Source of the DNA: Akkermansia muciniphila
GTDB taxonomy: Bacteria; Verrucomicrobiota; Verrucomicrobiia; Limisphaerales; BJHT01
Length of the DNA stretch: 64,000 bases
Assembly: GCA_945861535.1 (NCBI GenBank)
Contig: CAMAUZ010000013.1
Span: 37,944 to 101,943 of the forward strand
Direction: 5' to 3'
The position numbers and the translations under genes are program-made. Positions 27,882 to 35,570 of this stretch are shown here, piece by piece (positions within the stretch are counted from its first letter, which is position 1; each line of letters starts with the position of its first letter). The notes beneath the pieces are model-generated. The model made no database searches. It worked only from the letters and a program-made list of their open reading frames with translations, and had not been told where the DNA came from.

Positions 27882-29315
27882 ATGAACATCGCCCGCCGAT
27901 TCTTCTTGAAGCTCCTCCCGCTGCTTGCGTGGCGGGGCCACTCCCTGCTGGCTGCCGACTCCAAATCGCAGCCGCTTTTCCTTGGACAAGGAACGATGTC
28001 CGGTGAAGTCACCGATTCCACCGCTCTGCTGCAAACCCGCCTGACGCTCGCTGCGCAACTCGATGCCGACGGCGATCTGCCGGGTGCCGCGGGCGTGGCG
28101 TGTTTTGAATGGAGCACGCACCCGGACTTCCGCGATGCGCAGCGCACTCCGTTTCAACCGGCGGCTGAAAAACGCGACTTCATCGTGCGTGCCGAACTCA
28201 CCGGCCTGAAGCCGAACACCACTTACCATTACCGCGCCGTCTATGGTGTCACGGAGGCCGCGGCCCAGGCCGGACCGAGTTGTTCGTTCAAGACCTTGGC
28301 GGGCGGAGCCATCAATACGCCGGTGCGCTTCATTGTCGGCAGTTGCATGAACTACAACAAATTCCTGCACGGCAAGAAGGGCAAAGCGGGCGGCCCTCTG
28401 ACCGCCACGGATGAGGACAAACGCCTCGGCTATCCATCCTTCGACGCGATGCTGAAACTGCATCCGGACTTCTTCGTCGGCACGGGTGACATCGTTTATT
28501 ACGACAACCCGATGCGCGTGGCCGAGACCGTCCCGCAGTTGCGCAAATGCTGGCACGAGCAGGCTCGGTTTCCTCGGCTGATCGACTTCTTCCGCAGTGT
28601 CCCCGCGTATTGGTCAAAGGACGACCACGACTTTCGCTACAACGAATCGGATAACTCCACCGACCATCTGCCGCTTCCGAAAACCGGCATCGACATGTTC
28701 CGCGAGCAATTGCCCCTCGTGGCCACCGGCAGCGACAAGCCCACCTACCGCACGCATCGTGTCAGTAAGGATCTGCAAATCTGGCTCACCGAAGGACGCG
28801 ACTATCGCTCACCGAATGAGATGGCTGACGGCCCTCAAAAATCGCTCTGGGGCGCGGAGCAGCGCGAATGGTTGAAGACGACGCTGAAGGCGAGTGATGC
28901 GAAATGGAAAATCCTCATCTCGCCCACGCCGATGGTCGGGCCCGACGACCTAAAGAAGATCGACAATCACGCCGACCTCAGCGGCTTCCGCCACGAAGCG
29001 GATGCCTTCTTCGCCTGGCTGAAGGAGAACAAGATCGGACATTTCACAATCATCTGCGGAGACCGTCACTGGCAGTATCACAGCATCCATCCATCGGGTG
29101 TCGAAGAGTTCGCCTGCGGTGCGCTGAACGATGAGAATTCCCGAATGGGCGTCGCGCCCGGCGACAAGAATGGCTCCGACCCGCAAGCGCTGGTCAAACA
29201 GGAATACACCTCTCCGACCCCCAACGGTGGCTTCCTGCAAATCACCGCTGGAGATCACCTGCTCATCGAGCATTTTGACTCGCGAGGAAAGCAGCTTCAC
29301 CGCGTCAACCGATAG
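27882..29315 (+). CDS. PhoD-like metallophosphatase (alkaline phosphatase D family)
   Basis: RR-containing signal MNIARRFFLKLLPLLAWRG. Motifs FFVGTGDIVYYDN, WSKDDHDFRYNES and ICGDRHWQYHS. Confidence 0.7.
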   Translation: MNIARRFFLKLLPLLAWRGHSLLAADSKSQPLFLGQGTMSGEVTDSTALLQTRLTLAAQLDADGDLPGAAGVACFEWSTHPDFRDAQRTPFQPAAEKRDFIVRAELTGLKPNTTYHYRAVYGVTEAAAQAGPSCSFKTLAGGAINTPVRFIVGSCMNYNKFLHGKKGKAGGPLTATDEDKRLGYPSFDAMLKLHPDFFVGTGDIVYYDNPMRVAETVPQLRKCWHEQARFPRLIDFFRSVPAYWSKDDHDFRYNESDNSTDHLPLPKTGIDMFREQLPLVATGSDKPTYRTHRVSKDLQIWLTEGRDYRSPNEMADGPQKSLWGAEQREWLKTTLKASDAKWKILISPTPMVGPDDLKKIDNHADLSGFRHEADAFFAWLKENKIGHFTIICGDRHWQYHSIHPSGVEEFACGALNDENSRMGVAPGDKNGSDPQALVKQEYTSPTPNGGFLQITAGDHLLIEHFDSRGKQLHRVNR

Positions 29316-29335
29316 CATCCGAGCCAACCATCACC

Positions 29336-30652
29336 ATGCCCGCATCCAATCTTCCGTCCTATTCGTCCACCCGCCGTTTTTTCCTGCGAGCCACGGGAGT
29401 GAGCCTTGCCCTTCCGCTGCTCGAATCTCTGGGCGCGCGCGTCTTCGCTCAGAACTCCGCCGTCGGCACTTTGCCGGGGAAGGCGGCGGGCGCGGGGCGT
29501 CCCAAGCGGATGGTGTGCATCGGCAACTTGCTCGGCTTTTATCCTCAGGCGTTTTTCCCGGCGAGAACGGGAGCGGACTACGATCTGCCTGAGTCCATCG
29601 AAGCGCTGAAGCCGCATCAGAAGGACTTCACGCTTTTCTCCGGGCTCGACCACGGCGTGAAGGGCGGGCACTTCGCGATGAGTTCCTTCCTCAGCGGCGT
29701 GCGCACCGCGGATGCCAAGGGCATGCCCGAGGGCAACATCACCGTGGACCAGCGGGCGGCGGAAACGATGGGTGCTGCCACGAGGTTTCCTTCGCTCGCC
29801 CTTGGATCCGAGAGCGGCATTCATGGCGGCTGCCTCATGTCGTGGACACGCAGCGGCACGCGGGTGCCGCCGATCAGCACGCCGCGCGAGCTGTTCCGGA
29901 AACTGTTTGTCTCCGATGGTGCCGCCGACCTCGCAGCGTCGCTGGATCGCCTCGATATGAAAGGTTCGATCCTTGACGCGGTCCAGGGCGATGCAAAAAC
30001 CCTCGAACGCCGTCTGGGCCAGCGGGACAAGGAGAAGCTGGACGAGTATTTCACCTCTGTCCGAGATGTGGAAAAGCAGATCGAGCTGCGCCGCAAGTGG
30101 GCCGGCGTGCCCAAGCCTGATCCGAGAATGCCGGAGCCAGCGAACAAGGATTTTGTATCCGACCTGCCGGTGATGTATGACTTGATCGCGCTCGCCCTGC
30201 AGACTGATTCCACCCGCATCGCCACTCTGGAGATTGGCGGAGATTTCGAGGCTTCGGCCTTCGATTTGAAGGCCGGTTATCACAGCCTCTCGCACCACGG
30301 ACAGCGTGAGGAAGCGATCAAGGGCCTCATCAAGATGGAACGCTATCAGATCGAGCAGTTCGCGCGGTTCATCGCCAGGCTCAAATCCATCGAGGACGGC
30401 GCGGGCACGCTGCTGGATCACTCGATGGTTCTCTTCGGCAGCGGCATGGGCAACGCCAACTCGCACACGAACAACAACCTGCCGATCGTCCTGGCCGGCG
30501 GCGGTTTCAAGCACGGCGAGCACCGGACGTATCCGGCGAAGGGGCTCGGCCGCCAGCCCTTGTGCAATCTCTATCTGACCATGCTCCATCGCTTCGGCGC
30601 GGAGGTGAAAGCGTTTGGCACCAGCACCGGCACACTCACCGGCCTCGCATGA
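29336..30652 (+). CDS. DUF1552 domain protein with twin-arginine signal (pair 5)
   Basis: STRRFFLRATGVSLALPLLES Tat motif. LQTDSTRIATLEI, GYHSLSHHGQ and GSGMGNANSHTNNNLPIVLAGGG blocks. Close paralog of the 23969 gene. Confidence 0.8.
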   Translation: MPASNLPSYSSTRRFFLRATGVSLALPLLESLGARVFAQNSAVGTLPGKAAGAGRPKRMVCIGNLLGFYPQAFFPARTGADYDLPESIEALKPHQKDFTLFSGLDHGVKGGHFAMSSFLSGVRTADAKGMPEGNITVDQRAAETMGAATRFPSLALGSESGIHGGCLMSWTRSGTRVPPISTPRELFRKLFVSDGAADLAASLDRLDMKGSILDAVQGDAKTLERRLGQRDKEKLDEYFTSVRDVEKQIELRRKWAGVPKPDPRMPEPANKDFVSDLPVMYDLIALALQTDSTRIATLEIGGDFEASAFDLKAGYHSLSHHGQREEAIKGLIKMERYQIEQFARFIARLKSIEDGAGTLLDHSMVLFGSGMGNANSHTNNNLPIVLAGGGFKHGEHRTYPAKGLGRQPLCNLYLTMLHRFGAEVKAFGTSTGTLTGLA

Positions 30653-30731
30653 GCCGGCAAAAAGATGGGCGGTAAAAGATAGGAGGATTTTGCAAGCGAT
30701 TCTATTTTTCACCGCCCATCTTTTTGCCGGC
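30653..30731. repeat. Palindromic element copy 2
   Basis: GCCGGCAAAAAGATGGGCGGTAAAAGAT - loop - TTTTTCACCGCCCATCTTTTTGCCGGC. The stem has 21 perfect bp. Starts at the base after the DUF1552 TGA. The internal ATG frame hits TAG after 5 codons. Confidence 0.9.
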
Positions 30732-30743
30732 TAAAGACCACCC

Positions 30744-31529
30744 ATGCCAATCCACCGCACCATCGAGACCGTCCGCCCGACTCAATCCGAGTTCGGTCAA
30801 ATCGCCTTTGACGTGATGAAGTGCGTGTATGAGATCCACAATGAATTCGGCCGCTTCTTTGATGAAGCGGTTTACAAGCGCGAACTCGCCGCGAGGATGC
30901 CTGGCGTGGAACTGGAGGTCCCTGTCACCGTCTCCCATAAAACGTTCTCGAAGCTCTACAAGCTCGACGTTCTGGCGCACCGGCGAGGCGTTTTCGAGTT
31001 CAAGGCTGCCGAGACTATTGTTCCCCGTCATCGCGGCCAGACCATCAACTCCCTGCTCCTCTTTGACCTCCCGCACGGCAAACTCATCAACGTCCGGCCC
31101 GAGCGAGTCAACGATGAGTTCGTGAACTGCCACCTGCGGCTGGAGGCGTTGCGAAATCCATCCGTGGACACAGCCAGTTTCGTTTCCACCGTTGCCGGAG
31201 CAGCCTTCTTTCATGACCACCTGCTCACCTTGATCCGCGACTGGGGTTCCGGCCTTGAGACCGGGCTTTACGAAGAAGGACTCTCTCACTTTCTTGGTGG
31301 CGATGAGCGGGCTCTACAGCCTGTGCCGGTGATGGGATCCAAAGGACATCTGCACGATCAAAAGATGCGTCTGTTGGCACCGGATGTCGCCTTCAAGCTC
31401 ACCGCCTTTCCCGATCGGCTGGAGGCCTTTGAGACGCATGCCCGACGCCTACTTCAGCATACTTCGCTTAAAGCCATTCATTGGGCCAACATCACTCATA
31501 GCCATGTTACCTTCACGACCATCCACTAA
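30744..31529 (+). CDS. GxxExxY-like / PD-(D/E)XK-fold protein with an extra C-terminal region (function unknown)
   Basis: FGRFFDEAVYKRELAARMPGVELEVPVTVSHK...YKLDVLAHRRGVFEFKAAE...GKLINV follows the GxxExxY-family layout (acidic LDV plus ExK). The identification is by eye only. Confidence 0.45.
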   Translation: MPIHRTIETVRPTQSEFGQIAFDVMKCVYEIHNEFGRFFDEAVYKRELAARMPGVELEVPVTVSHKTFSKLYKLDVLAHRRGVFEFKAAETIVPRHRGQTINSLLLFDLPHGKLINVRPERVNDEFVNCHLRLEALRNPSVDTASFVSTVAGAAFFHDHLLTLIRDWGSGLETGLYEEGLSHFLGGDERALQPVPVMGSKGHLHDQKMRLLAPDVAFKLTAFPDRLEAFETHARRLLQHTSLKAIHWANITHSHVTFTTIH

Positions 31530-31536
31530 CTTTTTC

Positions 31537-31610
31537 GCCGGCAAAAAGATGTGCGGTAAAAAATGGGGACTCCTGTTTTTCCTATTTTTCACCGCCCATC
31601 TTTTTGCCGG
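31537..31610. repeat. Palindromic element copy 3 (overlaps the start codon and signal peptide of the downstream gene)
   Basis: GCCGGCAAAAAGATGTGCGGTAAAAAATGGGGA - loop - TTTTTCACCGCCCATCTTTTTGCCGG. Starts 8 nt after the upstream TAA. Confidence 0.9.
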
Positions 31611-34035
31611 ACCTCCGGAGATCCGACGTTTCCTCACCACCTATTGCAACGACTGCCACGGCGCGGAAAAACAAAAGGGCGATCGGCGCTTTGATAAGCT
31701 GCTGCTGCCCGCCACCAAGGTGGACACGCTGATCGATCTCAAAGACATCCTCGATCAAATCAACCTCGGCGAAATGCCGCCGAAAAAATCGAAGCAACCG
31801 TCGCAGCTGGAGCAAAAGGTCTTTATCGAGCAGGCGACTCTCGCGCTCACCGAAGGTCGTGAGAGTCTCGCCAGCACCGATGGCAGCAGCGTGTTGCGTC
31901 GTCTCAACCGCCGCGAATACATCAACACCATCGGCGACCTGTTCGCGATGAATATGGCGGCCTTCGATCCCACCACGAAGTTTCCGCGCGACCAGTCCGC
32001 CGAGCACATGGAGAATCTCGGCGATGTGCTCCAGACCTCGGGCTATCTGTTGGAGCAATATCTCGATGCGGCGGACGCCATCGTTAAGAAGGCGTTCGCA
32101 GTTCAAAAGCAGCCGGATGAGCGCGTTTGGAACTTCCGCGAGAACTTCAAGCCGCAGCAGGAATTAAGCGGCCCGCATCGCCGCCTCCAAAACGCATTTA
32201 TCGGCCTTTACGAATGCATGGCCACCCCAAACCACGAGGGCGGCTACGGCTTCATCAGCGACTTTCAGCAAGGAGTGCCGGTGGACGGAATCTACGAGAT
32301 TCGCGTCCTTGCCCAGGCCATGAACCGGCAGCATCCGTATGATCCGAAAATCTTCGGGACCGACTCACGCGAGCCTTTCCGCCTCGGCTTGGTGCCCGGC
32401 GATGCGAAAGCCGGTCCGCTGTATCAGCCGCAGCCGCTCCAGCCCATGCTCGCCGAGCAGGCTCTGCAAGATGGCGAACCCGAATGGCACACGATGAAGG
32501 TCTGGCTGGATGCCGGACATACACCGCGATTTGTTTTCCTCAATGGCCCGAAAAGCGCACGCAGTTCCTGGGCCCGAATCGTGGAATACCACAAGGACAA
32601 ATGGCCGGCGACCACATCGAAGCGGGACCGCAAGAACGGCCTCGGCATCGTCGAAAATCGCATTCTCAGCATCGTCGAAGGAAAAGTGCCGCACATTCGC
32701 ATCAGCGAGGTGCAGATTCGCGGACCCATCGTCGAGCAGTGGCCGCCCGCTCCCCAGCAGGCCGTTTTGGGAAAGACTGCCTTCGCTCCGGAGAAGATGC
32801 GCGAAGTCCTCCAATCCTTCGCCGACCGAGCTTATCGCCGTCCGGCCAGCCAGGCCGAAGTGGATCGACTCATGGCCGTCGCCAGGAAACGCACGAGCAC
32901 CGGCCGTTCGCCGCAGGAAGGTCTGAAGGACGCTCTCAAGGCAGCGCTCTGCTCGCCCGCCTTCATCTATCTCTCGCAGGATGCCGTGGAGCCAAAAAGT
33001 GACTCGAAAGCACGTCCCAAGCTCACCGCCTACGCGCTCGCCTCGCGGCTGTCCTATTTCCTCTGGTCAACCATGCCGGATGCGGAGTTGCTCCGGCTGG
33101 CGCACAGTCAGGAGCTAACCAAGCCAGCGGTGCTCATTGCACAGACGCGCCGCATGTTGGCCAGCCCGCGCTCCGAGGCCTTCGTGTCGGGCTTTCTCGA
33201 CAGTTGGCTGAACCTCCGCAGCCTCGGAGGCATGCCGCCGGATCGGAAGGATTTTGAAACGTATTACTCCAAGGGCCTGGAGCACGCCTTCAAGCAAGAG
33301 ACACGGCTTTTCATGCGCGACCTCATCGAGCGCGATGCCAGCATCGTAAACTTCCTCAACAGCGACTACGGCTTCGTCAATCAACCGCTCGCCACGCACT
33401 ACGGTCTCGGTGAACTCGGCGATCCGGCCAAGGCGCATGAGTTCCGCAAAGTCAGCTTCAAGACCGACAAGCGCGGCGGCCTGCTCGGCATGGGCTCCGT
33501 GCTCACCATCACCGCCAACGGCATCGAGACTTCGCCCGTCGTGCGTGGGGTCTATCTGCTGGAAAACATCCTCGGCACGCCGCCGCCGCCGCCGCCCGAT
33601 GACGTGCCTGCTATCGATCCCGATGTGCGCGGAGCCAAATCCATGCGCGAGTTGCTCAGCAAACATCGCGAATCGCCGAACTGCGCCGGCTGCCATCAAA
33701 AGATCGACCCACTCGGATTCGCGTTGGAGAACTTTGATCCCATCGGAGGCTGGCGGACGAGCTATGGCAAAACCCCGATCGACACCGCCGGAGAACTGCC
33801 CAGCGGCGATAAGTTCTCGGACGTCGCCGGCCTGAAGGGAATCCTCGTCAAACGCCAGGCCCTCTTCGCCCGGATGCTCACCGATCGCCTCCTCACCTAC
33901 GCTTGCGGTCGCCGCATCGGTGCGCTCGACGAGCCCACCGTGGCAAGAATCGTTGCCGAAATGCCGAGGCACAAACACGGCCTCCGCTCACTTCTCGAAG
34001 CCGTAGTGACGAGCGAACTGTTCCTCAGCCGTTGA
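31549..34035 (+). CDS. DUF1592/DUF1587/DUF1588/DUF1585-family cytochrome-c-motif protein (pair 5)
   Basis: ATG 31549 is the first in-frame start after the upstream gene. N-terminus MCGKKWGLLFFLFFTAHLFAG, then CNDCHGAEKQKGDRRFD, GEMPPKKSKQP, RRLNRREYINTIGDLF, LASRLSYFLWSTMPD, SPVVRGVYLLENILG, CAGCHQKIDPLGFALENFD. Confidence 0.85.
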   Translation: MCGKKWGLLFFLFFTAHLFAGPPEIRRFLTTYCNDCHGAEKQKGDRRFDKLLLPATKVDTLIDLKDILDQINLGEMPPKKSKQPSQLEQKVFIEQATLALTEGRESLASTDGSSVLRRLNRREYINTIGDLFAMNMAAFDPTTKFPRDQSAEHMENLGDVLQTSGYLLEQYLDAADAIVKKAFAVQKQPDERVWNFRENFKPQQELSGPHRRLQNAFIGLYECMATPNHEGGYGFISDFQQGVPVDGIYEIRVLAQAMNRQHPYDPKIFGTDSREPFRLGLVPGDAKAGPLYQPQPLQPMLAEQALQDGEPEWHTMKVWLDAGHTPRFVFLNGPKSARSSWARIVEYHKDKWPATTSKRDRKNGLGIVENRILSIVEGKVPHIRISEVQIRGPIVEQWPPAPQQAVLGKTAFAPEKMREVLQSFADRAYRRPASQAEVDRLMAVARKRTSTGRSPQEGLKDALKAALCSPAFIYLSQDAVEPKSDSKARPKLTAYALASRLSYFLWSTMPDAELLRLAHSQELTKPAVLIAQTRRMLASPRSEAFVSGFLDSWLNLRSLGGMPPDRKDFETYYSKGLEHAFKQETRLFMRDLIERDASIVNFLNSDYGFVNQPLATHYGLGELGDPAKAHEFRKVSFKTDKRGGLLGMGSVLTITANGIETSPVVRGVYLLENILGTPPPPPPDDVPAIDPDVRGAKSMRELLSKHRESPNCAGCHQKIDPLGFALENFDPIGGWRTSYGKTPIDTAGELPSGDKFSDVAGLKGILVKRQALFARMLTDRLLTYACGRRIGALDEPTVARIVAEMPRHKHGLRSLLEAVVTSELFLSR

Positions 34036-34086
34036 TTCCTTGACCCAACGAAAACGACACAATCCTTTATGAAGCCAACCTGCATA

Positions 34087-34160
34087 GCCGGCAAAAAGAT
34101 GGGCGGTAAAAAATGGGGACTTCTCTTCTCCTTATTTTTTACCGCCCATCTTTTTGCCGC
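34087..34160. repeat. Palindromic element copy 4 (overlaps the start and signal peptide of the sulfatase fragment)
   Basis: GCCGGCAAAAAGATGGGCGGTAAAAAATGGGGA - loop - TTTTTTACCGCCCATCTTTTTGCCGC. Confidence 0.9.
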
Positions 34161-34722
34161 TCCTCCCGCCGACAAAGCGCCGGGCAAACAATACAACGTG
34201 CTGTTCATCGCCGTCGACGACTTGAACGACTGGGTCGGGGCCTTCGGCGGCGCGCCCCAAAAGAAGTCGGCGACGCCCAAGCTGGATAAATTCGCGAAGA
34301 GCGGCTCGGTCGTTTTCCAGCAGGCGAATTGCGCGGGCCCGGTCTGTGGCCCGTCGCGCTCGGCTTTGCTGTCGGGCTTTATGCCGAATCGGTCGGGTGT
34401 TTACGGCAACGCTCATAACATGCGCAACTCCGCGCTCGTGCAGACCCACCTCACGCTGCCGGAGTATTTTTCGAAGCATGGCTACCGCACGCTCTCAAGC
34501 GGCAAGATTTTCCATAAACATGCCGGCGACGAGGGCCATTGGGCGTTTGACCAGTGGGTCGCCACTGAAGGCGGCAGCGGTTCGCAGGTTGATCCCCAGC
34601 GTCTGACCTCCCGGAGTCGCAACCTGATTGACGGCAAGCCCGCGCCATTTGCCCCGGCCAAGGGCGAGGGCAACGCCGACGGCGAAGGCGGGGGCACGGA
34701 ATTCTCCTGGGGACCGGCCTGA
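34099..34722 (+). pseudogene. Sulfatase, N-terminal half only (truncated)
   Basis: NVLFIAVDDLNDW and the CGPSRSALLSGF (CxPxR) signature are present. The ORF ends after about 207 codons, whereas the intact sulfatases here are about 450-540 aa. Alternative start ATG 34069. Confidence 0.7.
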
Positions 34723-34949
34723 AGTAGTCGCGGTGCGCTCAAGCATGAATCAGTCGCTGCAAATGGATTGCCCCGCCCCGAAATCGTGGCGCGTCTGGCT
34801 GCCGCCGCCGCCGAATGGAACCGCGGCCTCATCGCCCCCGCCTTCGGCAACAATCCTTTCGGCGGCCTCATCAACCGCACCATACTGGAGAAAAATTCGA
34901 CCCCTTGAAGCGCAATGAGGACTACCAGTCTTTCGCAACCACGCATCCA

Positions 34950-35501
34950 ATGAACCCACGCACCCTTCTTTTATCCATCGCTCTTTCAGCCAGCGCCGTC
35001 GCCGGTTTCGCGCAGGACTCCGCGGATGTCATCGTCTATGGCTCCACGCCCGGCGGGTTCTGCGCGGCCATCGCTGCGGCGCGCGAGGGGGCTTCGGTTA
35101 TTTTGCTGGAGCCGACGGAGCACGTCGGCGGGCTGAGCACGGGCGGGCTGAGCCACTGCGACTCGAATCAGATGCGGCGGGAGACTTTGATGGGACTCTT
35201 CGACGAGTGGCATCGGCGCGTGGTGAAGGACTACACGGACCGCGGGCTTGCAGCTCCCTACGATGCGGCGCTTAAGGACACCGCACGCTGGACGTTTGAG
35301 CCGCATGTGGCGATGCGCGTGACGACGGCGATGCTCAAGGAAGCGGGCGTGGTGGTGCGGACCGGGCGGTATTTGAAATCGGTCACGAAAGAAGGGCCGC
35401 GCATCACTTCGCTCACCGCGAAGGACGGCAAGTTCACGGCGAAAGTATTCGTGGACGGCTCCTACGAAGGCGACCTCATGGCTGCCGCTGGCGTGGACTG
35501 A
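34950..35501 (+). CDS. FAD-dependent oxidoreductase, N-terminal part; ends at an in-frame TGA
   Basis: Signal-like MNPRTLLLSIALSASAVAGFA. Dinucleotide-binding VIVYGSTPGGFCAAIAAAREG...LEPTEHVGGLSTGG. Confidence 0.7.
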   Translation: MNPRTLLLSIALSASAVAGFAQDSADVIVYGSTPGGFCAAIAAAREGASVILLEPTEHVGGLSTGGLSHCDSNQMRRETLMGLFDEWHRRVVKDYTDRGLAAPYDAALKDTARWTFEPHVAMRVTTAMLKEAGVVVRTGRYLKSVTKEGPRITSLTAKDGKFTAKVFVDGSYEGDLMAAAGVD

Positions 35502-35570
35502 ACGATTGGCCGCGAGGGGCGCGCCGAGTTCGGTGAATCCTACGCGGGGAAGCAGTATCCCAAAAAGAAA

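Noticed and set aside
35499-35501. TGA in the FAD oxidoreductase as a selenocysteine codon
   Set aside because: There is no convincing SECIS-like stem-loop immediately downstream. The local context (GVD-x-TIGRE) is not a redox Cys/Sec site. Other in-frame stops in the window are TAA. A nonsense mutation or sequencing error is more parsimonious.
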